Position numbers and translations under genes: made by a program. DNA of 62,679 nt, counting the filler, from Gemmatimonadota bacterium (GTDB lineage Bacteria > 4572-55 > J002), in assembly GCA_003697105.1 (NCBI GenBank). It is 8 parts of 8 records of this genome, joined end to end, with 100 filler letters (N's around TTAATTAATTAA, not from the genome) between each part and the next. Parts side by side here need not be neighbours in the genome. Positions count along the whole stretch, not along the records: positions 33,990 to 40,594 come from RFFQ01000039.1; positions 40,695 to 50,432 come from RFFQ01000041.1; 6 more parts are not named here. One strand, 5' to 3'. Under the pieces are notes generated by a model, which saw only the letters and a list, made by a program, of their open reading frames with translations, ran no database searches and was not told the DNA's origin. Of the stretch, positions 34,671 to 44,556 are shown piece by piece. Every line of letters starts with the position of its first letter. Position 1 is the stretch's first letter.

Positions 34671-35628
34671 GCTTTTTTACTTCCCGCTTGTCGTTAGGTG
34701 GTTCCGTCTCCACAAAGCCGAGGCGGTCTGCAATAATGTAGGGCGGGCGTTGCTTGACTTCATCATAAATCCGGGCGATGTATTCTCCGATAATGCCGAT
34801 ACCAATTAGTTGGACACCCCCTAAAAAAAGGATGGAAATGAGGGTAGTCGCATAACCGGGAACTACATCGACGGTTAAAAACCGCTCGATGAAGATCAGC
34901 ATTGCACTAAAAAACGCGATGAATGAGACGATGAAGCCAAAGATAGTTACAGCTCGAAGCGGCGCGGTGGTAAATGCCATTAAACCATCTAACGCTAAGG
35001 TGAACAGCTTGCCGAAAGTGTATTTGACTTCCCCCGCATACCGGGCGTCCCGCTCGTAGGGGATACCGGTTTGCCGGAATCCTACCCAGGAGCGCAAGCC
35101 CCGCACAAAGCGGTGCTGTTCTGGGAATTTACGCAGATGATCAGCAACTTTGCGGTCGATTAGCCCGAAATCCCCGGAGTCAAGCGGAATATCAATATTT
35201 GCGATTTCCCGCAATAAACGGTAGAACAAGGCGTATGCCACACGTTTTTTCCATGATTCTTTCCGGTGTTGGCGCACACCATACACTACATCATAACCTT
35301 CACGCCATTTGTCAATGAATTGGGGGATTATTTCCGGCGGGTCTTGCAAGTCACCATCTAAAATGATAACAGCGTCGCCTTGCGCGTGGTCAATACCCGC
35401 CGTAATGGCCATCTGGTGTCCAAAATTGCGCGAAAATGAGAGACACTTGATCCGCCGGTTCTGCCGGTAAAACTGGTGAATCACCGCTAATGAATCATCG
35501 GTACTGCCGTCGTTGACCACAATCACTTCGTAGTCCATACGTATGGTTTCAAGAACCTGCGTCACGCGCCGAAATAGTTCGGGCAGAATTTCTTGCTCAT
35601 TATAAATCGGAATAATGATGGAAAGCAT
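34657..35628 (-). CDS. GT2 polyisoprenyl-phosphate glycosyltransferase (GtrB/ArnC-like)
   Basis: IPIYNE, NDGSTD, SRNFGHQ, DGDLQDPP, two C-terminal TM helices, GEYIARIY. Confidence 0.93.
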   Translation of the reverse strand: MLSIIIPIYNEQEILPELFRRVTQVLETIRMDYEVIVVNDGSTDDSLAVIHQFYRQNRRIKCLSFSRNFGHQMAITAGIDHAQGDAVIILDGDLQDPPEIIPQFIDKWREGYDVVYGVRQHRKESWKKRVAYALFYRLLREIANIDIPLDSGDFGLIDRKVADHLRKFPEQHRFVRGLRSWVGFRQTGIPYERDARYAGEVKYTFGKLFTLALDGLMAFTTAPLRAVTIFGFIVSFIAFFSAMLIFIERFLTVDVVPGYATTLISILFLGGVQLIGIGIIGEYIARIYDEVKQRPPYIIADRLGFVETEPPNDKREVKKLDKV

Positions 35629-35629
35629 T

Positions 35630-35730
35630 GAGTTTTATGAGTTTGGGAGTTTTACGAGTTTGGGAGTTTTACGAGTTTGGGAGTTTTACGAGTTTGGGAG
35701 TTTTACGAGTTTGGGAGTTTGGGAGTTTTT
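35630..35730. repeat. 17-bp tandem repeat (5 copies plus partials)
   Basis: GAGTTTTAYGAGTTTGG at 35630, 35647, 35664, 35681, 35698, then GAGTTTGG GAGTTTT. Confidence 0.95.
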
Positions 35731-35940
35731 TTACACTGCTAACAGCTAACGGTTCATTCATCATTGTTCATTTTTAGGAGTCTGTCAACAAAAATCGTGT
35801 AACTCATCGATTTTGCTTGACAAGATTTAGTGGATCGCATATCTAGCTTTCAAGCGGATCACCGCTTAATCCCACATTTTAAGTTCTAATTTTGTATGTT
35901 CAATTTTTAATTTTTACGTAATAGACACGAGGAGGTTGTT

Positions 35941-37497
35941 ATGCTACGTGAATTTCGGAACGAGCCGTATGTTGATTTTTCCCAACCGGAACCTCGCCGC
36001 CGGATGGAGGAAGCGTTAGCGTATGTGGAGTCGCAATTGGGTAAAGAATACAGCCTAATTATCGGTAATGAGCATATTACCACTGATGCTAAAATTACCT
36101 CCATAGCCCCATCTGACAAAAATAAGGTGATTGGTATCTTTTCCAAAGCAGATAAAGAGCTTGCCAACAAAGCGGTCGAAACGGCGTATGAGACCTTCCA
36201 GACATGGAAAAATGTCGATCCGATTGTGCGGGCGCGGTATCTATTGAAAGGTGCGGCAGAGATGCGCCGTCGGATTTATGAATTCTCCGCCTGGATGGTC
36301 TATGAAGAAGGAAAAAATTGGTTGGAAGCGTATGCCGATACCGCCGAAGCGATTGATTTTCTGGAGTTTTATGCTCGCGAAATGATGCGGTTAGCCGCGC
36401 CGCAACCCTTAACACCCATTGAAACAGAAGAAAATGATCTACAATATATTCCGTTGGGTGTTTTTGCGGTGATTCCGCCGTGGAATTTCCCGTTAGCCAT
36501 TATGGCGGGTATGACGACTGCCGCCGTGGTTTCGGGCAATACGGTAGTTTTGAAACCCGCCAGCACGGCGCCGGCAGTTGCTCGGGTTTTTGTGGACATG
36601 ATGATAAATGATTGCAGTTTACCGCCGGGCGTCATCAATTTCTGTCCGGGTTCCGGTGGCGAAATGGGGGATACGATTGTAGCCCATCCCAAAACACGGG
36701 GTATTGCTTTCACCGGTTCAAAGGAAGTTGGTTTGCATATCCATGAACTGGCGGCAAAAACGCAACCGGGTCAAATCTGGATTAAGCGCACCATTCTCGA
36801 AATGGGGGGTAAAGACGCCATTTTAGTGGATAATAATGTAGATACCGACGAAGCCGCTGCCGGTATTGTCGCCTCGGCGTTTGGGTTTCAGGGTCAAAAA
36901 TGTTCGGCGTGTTCGCGGGCAATCGTTCATCAAGATGTATATGATGAAGTGCTCGAAAAGGTCGTCGCAAAAGCGAAAGAACTGACCGTAGGACACGCTA
37001 AAGATAACCCCAACATGGCCGCAGTGATCGACGAAAATGCGTATAATAACATTCTCAATTATATTGAGATCGGCAAAGGCGAGGGGCGTTTGATGTGCGG
37101 TGGTGAACCGGCAAAAGTTGAAGGGTACGATGGCTTCTACATCCAGCCGACCGTCATCGCGGATGTCGATCCGCAAGCGACCATCGCTCAAGAAGAAATT
37201 TTTGGACCGGTATTGGCATTTATCAAAGCAAACGATTTTAAGCACGGTTTAGAAATTGTCAATAATACGGAGTTTGGCTTGACCGGTGCGGTGTACTCCA
37301 AAAACCGAGAGCACCTGGAATTAGCTCGGCGTGAGTTCCATGTGGGGAATTTGTACTTCAATCGAAAATGTACCGGTGCGTTAGTGGGTAGCCAACCGTT
37401 CGGAGGCTTCAATATGTCTGGGACGGATTCCAAAGCCGGTGGACGAGATTATCTGTTACTGTTTACCCAAGCTAAACTGATCTCGGAACGATTATAA
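35941..37497 (+). CDS. pruA: L-glutamate gamma-semialdehyde (P5C) dehydrogenase
   Basis: FRNEP, PPWNFP, FTGS, EMGGK, GQKCSACSR, QEEIFGP, GTDSKAGG. Confidence 0.95.
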   Translation: MLREFRNEPYVDFSQPEPRRRMEEALAYVESQLGKEYSLIIGNEHITTDAKITSIAPSDKNKVIGIFSKADKELANKAVETAYETFQTWKNVDPIVRARYLLKGAAEMRRRIYEFSAWMVYEEGKNWLEAYADTAEAIDFLEFYAREMMRLAAPQPLTPIETEENDLQYIPLGVFAVIPPWNFPLAIMAGMTTAAVVSGNTVVLKPASTAPAVARVFVDMMINDCSLPPGVINFCPGSGGEMGDTIVAHPKTRGIAFTGSKEVGLHIHELAAKTQPGQIWIKRTILEMGGKDAILVDNNVDTDEAAAGIVASAFGFQGQKCSACSRAIVHQDVYDEVLEKVVAKAKELTVGHAKDNPNMAAVIDENAYNNILNYIEIGKGEGRLMCGGEPAKVEGYDGFYIQPTVIADVDPQATIAQEEIFGPVLAFIKANDFKHGLEIVNNTEFGLTGAVYSKNREHLELARREFHVGNLYFNRKCTGALVGSQPFGGFNMSGTDSKAGGRDYLLLFTQAKLISERL

Positions 37498-37526
37498 CAT
37501 TGCATTAAACCCTTTATTTAATTTAT

Positions 37527-37563
37527 GTGTCGTACATCCCATACGATGTACGGCACTTTTTTT
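37527..37563 (+). terminator. Terminator after pruA
   Basis: GTGTCGTACATC/GATGTACGGCAC stem plus T7. Confidence 0.75.
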
Positions 37564-37614
37564 GTCTTTATAATTGCTTTTCAACTTTTTTAGAAAAAGG
37601 AGAATCACCACGCT

Positions 37615-40065
37615 ATGAAACCACCACTTTGGGCACTACTGGTGTTGCTACTAATCGCAACAACAGTGAAAGCGCAACCGCCACACGGGATGCGGGGAGA
37701 ACGTCCGCAAGGAGGTATCATTATGGGTACCGTTGTGGATTCTGAGACCCAACAGCCATTGGAATATGCCAATCTGTTTTTATACACCCAAGCGGATTCA
37801 ACCTATATTACCGGGGGTGTAACTCAAGCAGATGGAACCTTCCGCCTGATGCCAGTCAAACCGGGTACGTACTATTTGCAAATCTCGTTTATGGGTTTTG
37901 AGACGATCACCATCCCCAATATTGAGATCGCGTTTGAACGGGGAAAACTGCGCCGTAACGTGGGTGAAATCCGTCTTCACCCGTTGCCGGTGGCACTGGA
38001 AGGAGTGGAAGTATCCGGCGAGCGGGCGAAAATTGAATATCAAATTGATAAAAAGGTGATCAAAGTCAGTGAGTTTTATACCGCTACCTCCGGTTCTGCC
38101 GTAGATGTGCTGGAAAATGTGCCGTCGGTCAAGGTGGATATTGAAGGCAATGTCAGCTTGCGCGGTAGCGAAAATTTCACCGTCTTAATTGATGGACGCC
38201 CGTCTATCCTGGATCCCAGTGATGCTTTGCAGCAAATCCCGGCAGGTACAATTGAAAATATTGAAATCATCACCAATCCCTCAGCCAAATACAACCCAGA
38301 AGGAACGGCAGGGATCATCAACGTAATCACCAAAAAAAAGAAATCCTCTGGCGTGAGCGGGCGAGTGAACCTAAACGGCGGATGGGATGAAAAATATGGG
38401 GGAGATGTTCTGCTTAACTACCAAACACCGAAACTGACCTTCAATGTGGGGGTAGATTACAACCGTCGCCTCTTCCCGGGATCGACCGAGAGAGAAAATC
38501 GCACCACTGGTAACGATACAACAGCGTATGTGCGATCCCATGGCGATACGGAATGGGAGCGGGAGCGTTCCGGCATCCGGACGGGCATATCCATAAACCT
38601 AACGCCGCAAAATACAGTTAGCCTGAGTGGGCGATGGGGTGACCGCCACTTTCAGCGATCCGCCAATACCACCATTGAGGAATGGCGCGAACCCGGTGAC
38701 GCAAGAGCAACCTACACGGATCAAAGTGACACCAAACGGGGCGGACCCTTTTATGCACTCAATTTGACGTTCCAACACAAATTTGAAAAAAAGGGACATG
38801 AATTGAATCTTCAAACCGATTATTCTCACCGAGAATCGGAAGAAGAATCGGTGAATGCGCTATTTGATACGCATCTGAACCGTATCGAGGGACAAGTGAC
38901 AGAAGAAGAGGGTCCTGCGGATCGGGTGGAATGCAAACTCGATTACGCGCTGCCCCTTCGGGAGAACGAGAAATTTGAAGCCGGGTTACAAGCCCGGTTG
39001 GGACAATCGGAAGATGGCACGCGCTTCAGCGAGTATAACCCACTATCTGGACAATATGAAATCCAACCAGAATATGATCACACCACATTATACACCCGCA
39101 ACGTTTACTCTCTTTATTCGTTGTATGCAAATGAACAGGGCAATTTGGGCTATCAATTTGGATTGCGAGCCGAATACACGGATCGGGTCACCGAGATAGA
39201 AAATGAAACAGAAGAATACCGGTTGGATCAATGGGACGTTTTCCCTTCGGTTCACTTCTCCTACACGCTGGGAAATAGGCAGAAATGGATGGCCAGTTAT
39301 ACCCGCCGGATTGAGCATCCGCGCGGTTGGTATCTGGAGCCGTTTTTAACATGGTCAGATGCGTACAATGTTCGATCGGGAAATCCGGCGCTGAAGCCGG
39401 AGTATATCGATTCCTATGAAATCGGTTATCAACAATCGTTGGAAAAACACTCGATTTCCGTGGACGGGTACTACCGGGTCACCCACAACAAAATTGAGCG
39501 GATTCGCACCGTTTACGCCGATAATATCTTGTTACATCTTCCCGAAAATGTGGGGAAAGATTATGCGCTGGGTGTGGAAATTATGTTGGACCTAAATCCG
39601 GTGAAGTGGTGGAATATCAACTTGATGGGAGATATTTACGAGTACCGGGTAGAAGGTGATTTTGAAGGGCAGGAGTTTTCCCGAAAAAGTTCCAATTGGA
39701 GTAGCCGGTTTAATAATACCTTCAAATTCGGTTCGACCCGTTTACAGTTGAACGGCATGTATAACAGTCCGGCAACCTCTTCCCAAGGGGAACGGGAAGG
39801 CTTTTTTATGGCAAATGCCGCGATCCGGCAAAACTTACGTGGGAACAACATAACTGCAACCCTGCAAATCCGTGATATTTTTGATACGGGCACGTTTGAA
39901 ACCACCGCAGAAAGTACAAATTTTTATTCCTACAGCAAATTTACGCATGACTCCCCCACGATTATGTTTACTTTAACGTACAACTTCAATAATTATCGCC
40001 CCGACCGGCGGGATCGAAATGGAAATGGAGAAAACGGGGGTATGGAAGAAGGCGACGATTTTTAA
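37615..40065 (+). CDS. TonB-dependent receptor (carboxypeptidase-regulatory-like N-domain, plug, beta-barrel)
   Basis: Signal peptide, IEIITNPSAKY..EG.AGIINVITKK plug motif, GNPALKPE, LTYNF near C-terminus. Confidence 0.92.
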   Translation: MKPPLWALLVLLLIATTVKAQPPHGMRGERPQGGIIMGTVVDSETQQPLEYANLFLYTQADSTYITGGVTQADGTFRLMPVKPGTYYLQISFMGFETITIPNIEIAFERGKLRRNVGEIRLHPLPVALEGVEVSGERAKIEYQIDKKVIKVSEFYTATSGSAVDVLENVPSVKVDIEGNVSLRGSENFTVLIDGRPSILDPSDALQQIPAGTIENIEIITNPSAKYNPEGTAGIINVITKKKKSSGVSGRVNLNGGWDEKYGGDVLLNYQTPKLTFNVGVDYNRRLFPGSTERENRTTGNDTTAYVRSHGDTEWERERSGIRTGISINLTPQNTVSLSGRWGDRHFQRSANTTIEEWREPGDARATYTDQSDTKRGGPFYALNLTFQHKFEKKGHELNLQTDYSHRESEEESVNALFDTHLNRIEGQVTEEEGPADRVECKLDYALPLRENEKFEAGLQARLGQSEDGTRFSEYNPLSGQYEIQPEYDHTTLYTRNVYSLYSLYANEQGNLGYQFGLRAEYTDRVTEIENETEEYRLDQWDVFPSVHFSYTLGNRQKWMASYTRRIEHPRGWYLEPFLTWSDAYNVRSGNPALKPEYIDSYEIGYQQSLEKHSISVDGYYRVTHNKIERIRTVYADNILLHLPENVGKDYALGVEIMLDLNPVKWWNINLMGDIYEYRVEGDFEGQEFSRKSSNWSSRFNNTFKFGSTRLQLNGMYNSPATSSQGEREGFFMANAAIRQNLRGNNITATLQIRDIFDTGTFETTAESTNFYSYSKFTHDSPTIMFTLTYNFNNYRPDRRDRNGNGENGGMEEGDDF

Positions 40066-40096
40066 TCACACCAAGTCCACCTATTTATAAAAACCG

Positions 40097-40132
40097 AAAA
40101 GCCTCGCGACAGGGTTGTCACGAGGCTTTTTT
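40097..40132. terminator. Bidirectional terminator
   Basis: AAAAGCCTCGCGACA/TGTCACGAGGCTTTT. Confidence 0.75.
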
Positions 40133-40157
40133 CAATACCTGATTTTTTTCTCAGGCG

Positions 40158-40262
40158 CTATTTGAGTAGAACCATATTTACGGACGATTCGTAGTCACTG
40201 GTTTTCAAGCGGTAAACGTAGGTTCCAGTTTCGTGGCATCGCTCACGATTGAAATTTCTCAA
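40158..40262 (-). pseudogene. Orphan fragment resembling a T9SS type A C-terminal sorting tail
   Basis: Minus frame ends ...TGTYVYRLKTSDYESSVNMVLLK*; in-frame stop just upstream. Confidence 0.45.
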
Positions 40263-40371
40263 TCTTTAGTGTCCTCGTTTAGTTTTACCGTATCACCTCA
40301 CTTTCTACGTTAGCTTTTCCACCATCCGTGACGTTCTTACTTTCAATCCGTACCGGATGGTACATCATGGT

Positions 40372-40594
40372 TTATTGAACATCTGCCACTTGCATCTGAC
40401 CGTCGTGAATGACGGCATTGGGCACATTCGTACCGGTTAAGTAGCGATAGCTTTGTTGCAATAATTGCACGGCGTAATCTGGATTGTGGATACCATGGCT
40501 TTTATCATCATGCAGATAGACCATATTATATCCCGCTTCGCGATGAATCCGATCTGAGGTGGAGACATCGGAGATTGCTTCCACAACGCCATCA
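40372..40594 (-). CDS. C-terminus of probable multiheme cytochrome c (c552/NrfA-like tail), partial
   Basis: A.YN..Y...DKSHGIHNPDYA..LL resembles the S.G.HNP C-terminal motif of this family; no CxxCH visible. Confidence 0.55.
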
Positions 40595-40694
40595 NNNNNN
40601 NNNNNNNNNNNNNNNNNNNNNNNNNNNNNNNNNNNNNNTTAATTAATTAANNNNNNNNNNNNNNNNNNNNNNNNNNNNNNNNNNNNNNNNNNNN
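40595..40694. other. Assembly spacer
   Basis: N run with stop linker. Confidence 0.99.
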
Positions 40695-40717
40695 CACGCG
40701 GTATTTCGCAATGTTTC

Positions 40718-40752
40718 AGGGTGATTGCCATACGGCAGTCACCCTTTTTTTT
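40718..40752 (+). terminator. Terminator upstream of nos promoter
   Basis: AGGGTGATTGCC/GGCAGTCACCCT plus T tract. Confidence 0.75.
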
Positions 40753-40755
40753 CTG

Positions 40756-40784
40756 TTGACAAACTCGGGTTAAATTGATATATC
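40756..40784 (+). promoter_or_regulatory. Putative sigma70 promoter of nos operon
   Basis: TTGACA-N17-TATATC with TG upstream of the -10. Confidence 0.55.
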
Positions 40785-40790
40785 CCATAT

Positions 40791-40810
40791 ATAAGATATA
40801 AGACTCTTAA
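40791..40810. promoter_or_regulatory. Putative Rrf2 operator copy 1
   Basis: ATAAGATATAAGACTCTTAA, 17/20 to copies 2 and 3. Confidence 0.6.
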
Positions 40811-40846
40811 AACTTAATAATCTGTCTAAAATTTTTTAATTCTTAA

Positions 40847-40866
40847 TTAAGATAAAATACTCTTAA
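40847..40866. promoter_or_regulatory. Putative Rrf2 operator copy 2
   Basis: TTAAGATAAAATACTCTTAA, identical to 49799-49818. Confidence 0.7.
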
Positions 40867-40886
40867 AACTTATAATGGAGTCCACC

Positions 40887-41414
40887 ATGTCGAAAAAAAG
40901 CACCCTTTTCATTGCCATTTTCGTTCTCTTTATTTACCCGATAGCAGGTATTACTGTTGCGGCTATCGTGATCTATCAAAATCCCGATTTTGAGCCGGTC
41001 AAGATGTGGCAATTTGTAACCCGCGAAGACCCCGTAAACGAGTATGGGCTAACCGAATTCCAAATGAAGCACGGGGTTGGTCCCTTTACAAGCGAAGTAA
41101 AGATTCCAACTCAGATTGATGAAAATCTTGCTAAAACAGGGGAAGCGGTTTTTCAAGTCAAATGTTCCGGCTGCCATAAATTGGACAAAAAATATGTGGG
41201 TCCGCCCCTGCGGGGAGTAACCATGTATCGCAGCCCGACGTATATCCTGAATATGATTCTTAATCCCGGTGAAATGGTCAAAAGACATCCCATTGCCAAA
41301 GGGTTGCTTGCCCAACACTATACCGTGATGAGTCCCCAAAATGTCACTGAGGACGATGCCCGGGCAGTATTGGAATTTTTACGATACGATTTTGAAGTAC
41401 AATCCGCTAATTAA
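40887..41414 (+). CDS. Membrane-anchored monoheme cytochrome c (clade II nos-associated)
   Basis: N-terminal TM, CSGCH, VGP.L.GV, distal Met; directly upstream of nosZ; RBS GGAG. Confidence 0.9.
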   Translation: MSKKSTLFIAIFVLFIYPIAGITVAAIVIYQNPDFEPVKMWQFVTREDPVNEYGLTEFQMKHGVGPFTSEVKIPTQIDENLAKTGEAVFQVKCSGCHKLDKKYVGPPLRGVTMYRSPTYILNMILNPGEMVKRHPIAKGLLAQHYTVMSPQNVTEDDARAVLEFLRYDFEVQSAN

Positions 41415-41464
41415 AAGCGGACATTTTTATCATTCCTTCACCTTTTAGCAAGGAGGCATTATCA

Positions 41465-43444
41465 ATGCTTTTCTCACGTTCAACACGTTGGAGTGCACTC
41501 AGCACTATTCTGATTCTCGGTCTTGCCGGTTTATTTTTATGGGGTTGTCCCGCAAAAAAGCCCCAGCAGAACCAATCTCTGATGAGTTCCGGCGATGCCG
41601 CGAGCCAAGTTTATGTGGCGCCGGGTCAATATGATGAGTTTTATGGCTTTTTCTCCGGCGGATTTAGCGGGCAGGTAACCGTTTATGGGTTACCGTCAGG
41701 CAGATTATTCAAGATCATTCCGGTTTTTTCGCAATTTCCCGAAAATAGCTACGGCTATTCAGAGGAAACAAAAGCGATGCTCATGACCTCCTACGGGTTT
41801 GTTCCGTGGGATGATTCGCACCATCCGGAACTGTCCCAAACTAATGGTGTTCCGGATGGGCGCTGGCTCTTCATTAATGCCAATAATACCCCGCGGATTG
41901 CTCGAATTGATCTAAAAACATTTGAAACCGATGAAATTATTGAAATTCCAAATTCCGGTGGGAATCACGCCTCGCCGTTTTGCACGATGAACACGGAATA
42001 TGTCGTGGCATCCACCCGGTTTAGTGTGCCGATTCCCAATGAAGATGTTTCCATTGAAACCTACAAAGAGAATTTCAAAGGGACGATCACCTTTATTAAA
42101 GTGGCTGAAGATGGTGATATGGAAATTGCCTTCCAGATTTTGGTCCCGGGGTTTAATTATGACCTCTCCCATTCCGGTAAAGGTGCATCGCATGGCTGGT
42201 CATTCTTTACCTGCTATAATACGGAGCAAGCCAATACGTTGCTCGAAGTGAATGCTTCCCAAAATGATAAAGATTTTATTGCCGCGGTGAATTGGAAAAA
42301 AGCGGAAGAATATGTCGCCCAGGGTAAGGCGAAAGAAATGCCTGCAACCTATTTCAATAACAAAATGAATCATAAGACGCATATCGCCGAATCCAAAGTG
42401 GGGAAGACGGTCAAGGTATTGACCCCCGCCGAATGCCCCGGCTTGATCTACTATCTGCCAACACCGAAGTCCCCCCACGGGGTTGATGTGGACCCAACCG
42501 GAGAATACATCGCCGCTGGCGGGAAATTGGCAACGGTGATTCCGGTACACTCCTTCTCTAAAATGTTAAAAGCGATTGAAGATAAAGCCTTTGAAACTGA
42601 AATTGATGGTATTCCCGTATTAAAATACGAAGCGGTCATGGCGGGTGAAGTGGAAAACTGCGGTTTAGGACCCTTGCACACGGAATTTGACGGGAACGGA
42701 TATGCTTATACCTCTGCATTTATCTCCTCAGAAGTCGTCAAGTGGAAAATTGGAACGTGGGAAGTGGTTGACCGCATCCCGACCTATTATTCCATTGGTC
42801 ACTTGATGATCCCCGGTGGTGATAGTCAAAAGCCGTGGGGTAAATATCTGGTCGCCTTAAATAAGATCACAAAAGACCGCTACCTACCCACCGGACCCGA
42901 ACTGTGCCAATCCGCACAATTAATCGATATTTCCGGCGATAAAATGAAATTATTACTCGACTTCCCCACGATGGGTGAACCCCACTATGCTCAAGCCATT
43001 CCAGCGGATATTTTGATGCCCAACGTGACCAAAATATACCCACTGGAAGAAAATCAGCACCCTTATGCCGCCAAAAGCGAAGCCGAAACCGGCATGACCC
43101 GTGATGGAAACACGGTGCACATCAAAATGACAACCATTCGGACACACTTCGCCCCGGATAATCTGGAAGGGGTGAAAGTAGGGGATAAAGTGTATTTTCA
43201 TGTGACAAATCTGGAACAAGATTGGGATATTCCGCATGGCTTTGCCATGAAAGGTGCCAATACTGCTGAATTGCTAATTATGCCGGGTCAAACCCGTACC
43301 TACGTTTGGGAACCCCAAGAACCCGGGGTGTATCCCTTCTATTGCACTGACTTTTGTTCCGCGTTGCATCAGGAGATGTCGGGTTATGTCCGGGTCTCTC
43401 CTAAAAATGCCAACGTGTCATTTAAGTATCACGTGGGTGAATAA
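41465..43444 (+). CDS. nosZ: Sec-dependent (clade II) nitrous oxide reductase
   Basis: SGGFSGQV.VYGLPSGR, CuZ histidines (DSHH, GNH, SPH, GPLH, IGH, EPH), CuA motif H..FYCTDFCSALHQEM; no Tat RR, lipobox LWGC. Confidence 0.98.
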   Translation: MLFSRSTRWSALSTILILGLAGLFLWGCPAKKPQQNQSLMSSGDAASQVYVAPGQYDEFYGFFSGGFSGQVTVYGLPSGRLFKIIPVFSQFPENSYGYSEETKAMLMTSYGFVPWDDSHHPELSQTNGVPDGRWLFINANNTPRIARIDLKTFETDEIIEIPNSGGNHASPFCTMNTEYVVASTRFSVPIPNEDVSIETYKENFKGTITFIKVAEDGDMEIAFQILVPGFNYDLSHSGKGASHGWSFFTCYNTEQANTLLEVNASQNDKDFIAAVNWKKAEEYVAQGKAKEMPATYFNNKMNHKTHIAESKVGKTVKVLTPAECPGLIYYLPTPKSPHGVDVDPTGEYIAAGGKLATVIPVHSFSKMLKAIEDKAFETEIDGIPVLKYEAVMAGEVENCGLGPLHTEFDGNGYAYTSAFISSEVVKWKIGTWEVVDRIPTYYSIGHLMIPGGDSQKPWGKYLVALNKITKDRYLPTGPELCQSAQLIDISGDKMKLLLDFPTMGEPHYAQAIPADILMPNVTKIYPLEENQHPYAAKSEAETGMTRDGNTVHIKMTTIRTHFAPDNLEGVKVGDKVYFHVTNLEQDWDIPHGFAMKGANTAELLIMPGQTRTYVWEPQEPGVYPFYCTDFCSALHQEMSGYVRVSPKNANVSFKYHVGE

Positions 43445-43455
43445 TCCGTAAATAG

Positions 43456-43486
43456 GGCTTGCCATGTTCCAAAAGCATGGCAAGCC
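43456..43486 (+). other. Intra-operon stem-loop after nosZ
   Basis: 11-bp perfect stem GGCTTGCCATG/CATGGCAAGCC, no U tract. Confidence 0.65.
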
Positions 43487-43501
43487 TGCTCAGGAGACGT
43501 T

Positions 43502-44107
43502 ATGAAAATGACATCACGAATCTTATTTGCAGTCGCCGTATTGATGCTCATCGGGGCTTATTTTTTACCGCTGTGGCAAATTATGCTGGAAGCCCCCCAA
43601 TACCCAGAGGGGATCGGGTTGATTATTTGGTATAATGACATTGTGGGCTATAAGCCAAATGATCTAAATAATGTAAATGGATTAAACCATTATATTGGCA
43701 TGAGACCCATTGAACCTGAAAACATTCTGGAACTCAAAATTATTCCTTACATTATTGGTTTTATGATTCTCTTTGGGCTGTTGGGGGTCATCCTCGGTCG
43801 TAAAAAATGGCTATATGCGTGGGTCATCACATTAATGATTCTTGGAATCGTGGGATTAGCAGACTATTACCGGTGGGGATATGACTACGGACATAATTTG
43901 GACCCAACCGCGGCAATTAAAGTCCCGGGGCAATCCTACCAGCCACCGCTGATCGGCTCTAAGAAAATATTGAATTTCACGTCCTATTCGTATCCGGCAA
44001 CGGGGGGCTGGATGATTGCAATTTCATTTGTGATTGCAGTACTTGCCGCGATCCACACCTCTAAGTTGTGCCCGCTAGACCGGTTACGGCGGAGGTTACA
44101 CCCATGA
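43502..44107 (+). CDS. nosB: Clade II nos membrane protein
   Basis: PLW.I.L.APQYPEG, NGLNHYIGM, YGHNLDP.A.I...Y.PP.IG.K; four TM helices. Confidence 0.88.
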   Translation: MKMTSRILFAVAVLMLIGAYFLPLWQIMLEAPQYPEGIGLIIWYNDIVGYKPNDLNNVNGLNHYIGMRPIEPENILELKIIPYIIGFMILFGLLGVILGRKKWLYAWVITLMILGIVGLADYYRWGYDYGHNLDPTAAIKVPGQSYQPPLIGSKKILNFTSYSYPATGGWMIAISFVIAVLAAIHTSKLCPLDRLRRRLHP

Positions 44108-44556
44108 AGCGACTCATTGGACTTTTAATTCTTTTGATGGTGGTCACCGGCTGTTCCCCGTCACCGGTACCCATTAATTACGGGGAAGAGAGTTGCGATT
44201 ATTGTAAAATGATCATCATGCAACCCAAATATGGCACTGAATTGTTGACCCGAAAAGGAAAGATATATACCTTTGATTCCGTAGAGTGTCTGGTTGCGTT
44301 TTATCTCAAGGAAGAAGTGCCCCACGCCGAAATTCACTCCCTCTGGGTACCGGATTTTGATTCACCGGCGGTCGAATTTCTCGATGCCACCACTGCGGTT
44401 TACCTCCGTAGTGAAAACCTACGAAGCCCCATGGGACTCCATTTAACGGCGTTTCGGGATGTCCCTCAGGTCAAAGCGGCACAGCAGCAATATGGCGGGG
44501 GCATGTTTGCGTGGAACGAAGTTGTAGAACTGGTTAAAAAGGAATGGCAACCGTGA
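44104..44556 (+). CDS. nosL: Copper chaperone lipoprotein
   Basis: Lipobox VTGC, CDYCKM, FDSVEC, SPMG. Confidence 0.92.
   Translation: MKRLIGLLILLMVVTGCSPSPVPINYGEESCDYCKMIIMQPKYGTELLTRKGKIYTFDSVECLVAFYLKEEVPHAEIHSLWVPDFDSPAVEFLDATTAVYLRSENLRSPMGLHLTAFRDVPQVKAAQQQYGGGMFAWNEVVELVKKEWQP

Noticed and set aside
35630-35730. Possible CRISPR array
   Set aside because: Head-to-tail 17-bp units with no unique spacers and no cas genes
40372-41414. Apparent divergent pairing of a multiheme cytochrome with the nos operon
   Set aside because: Separated by an assembly spacer; adjacency unsupported
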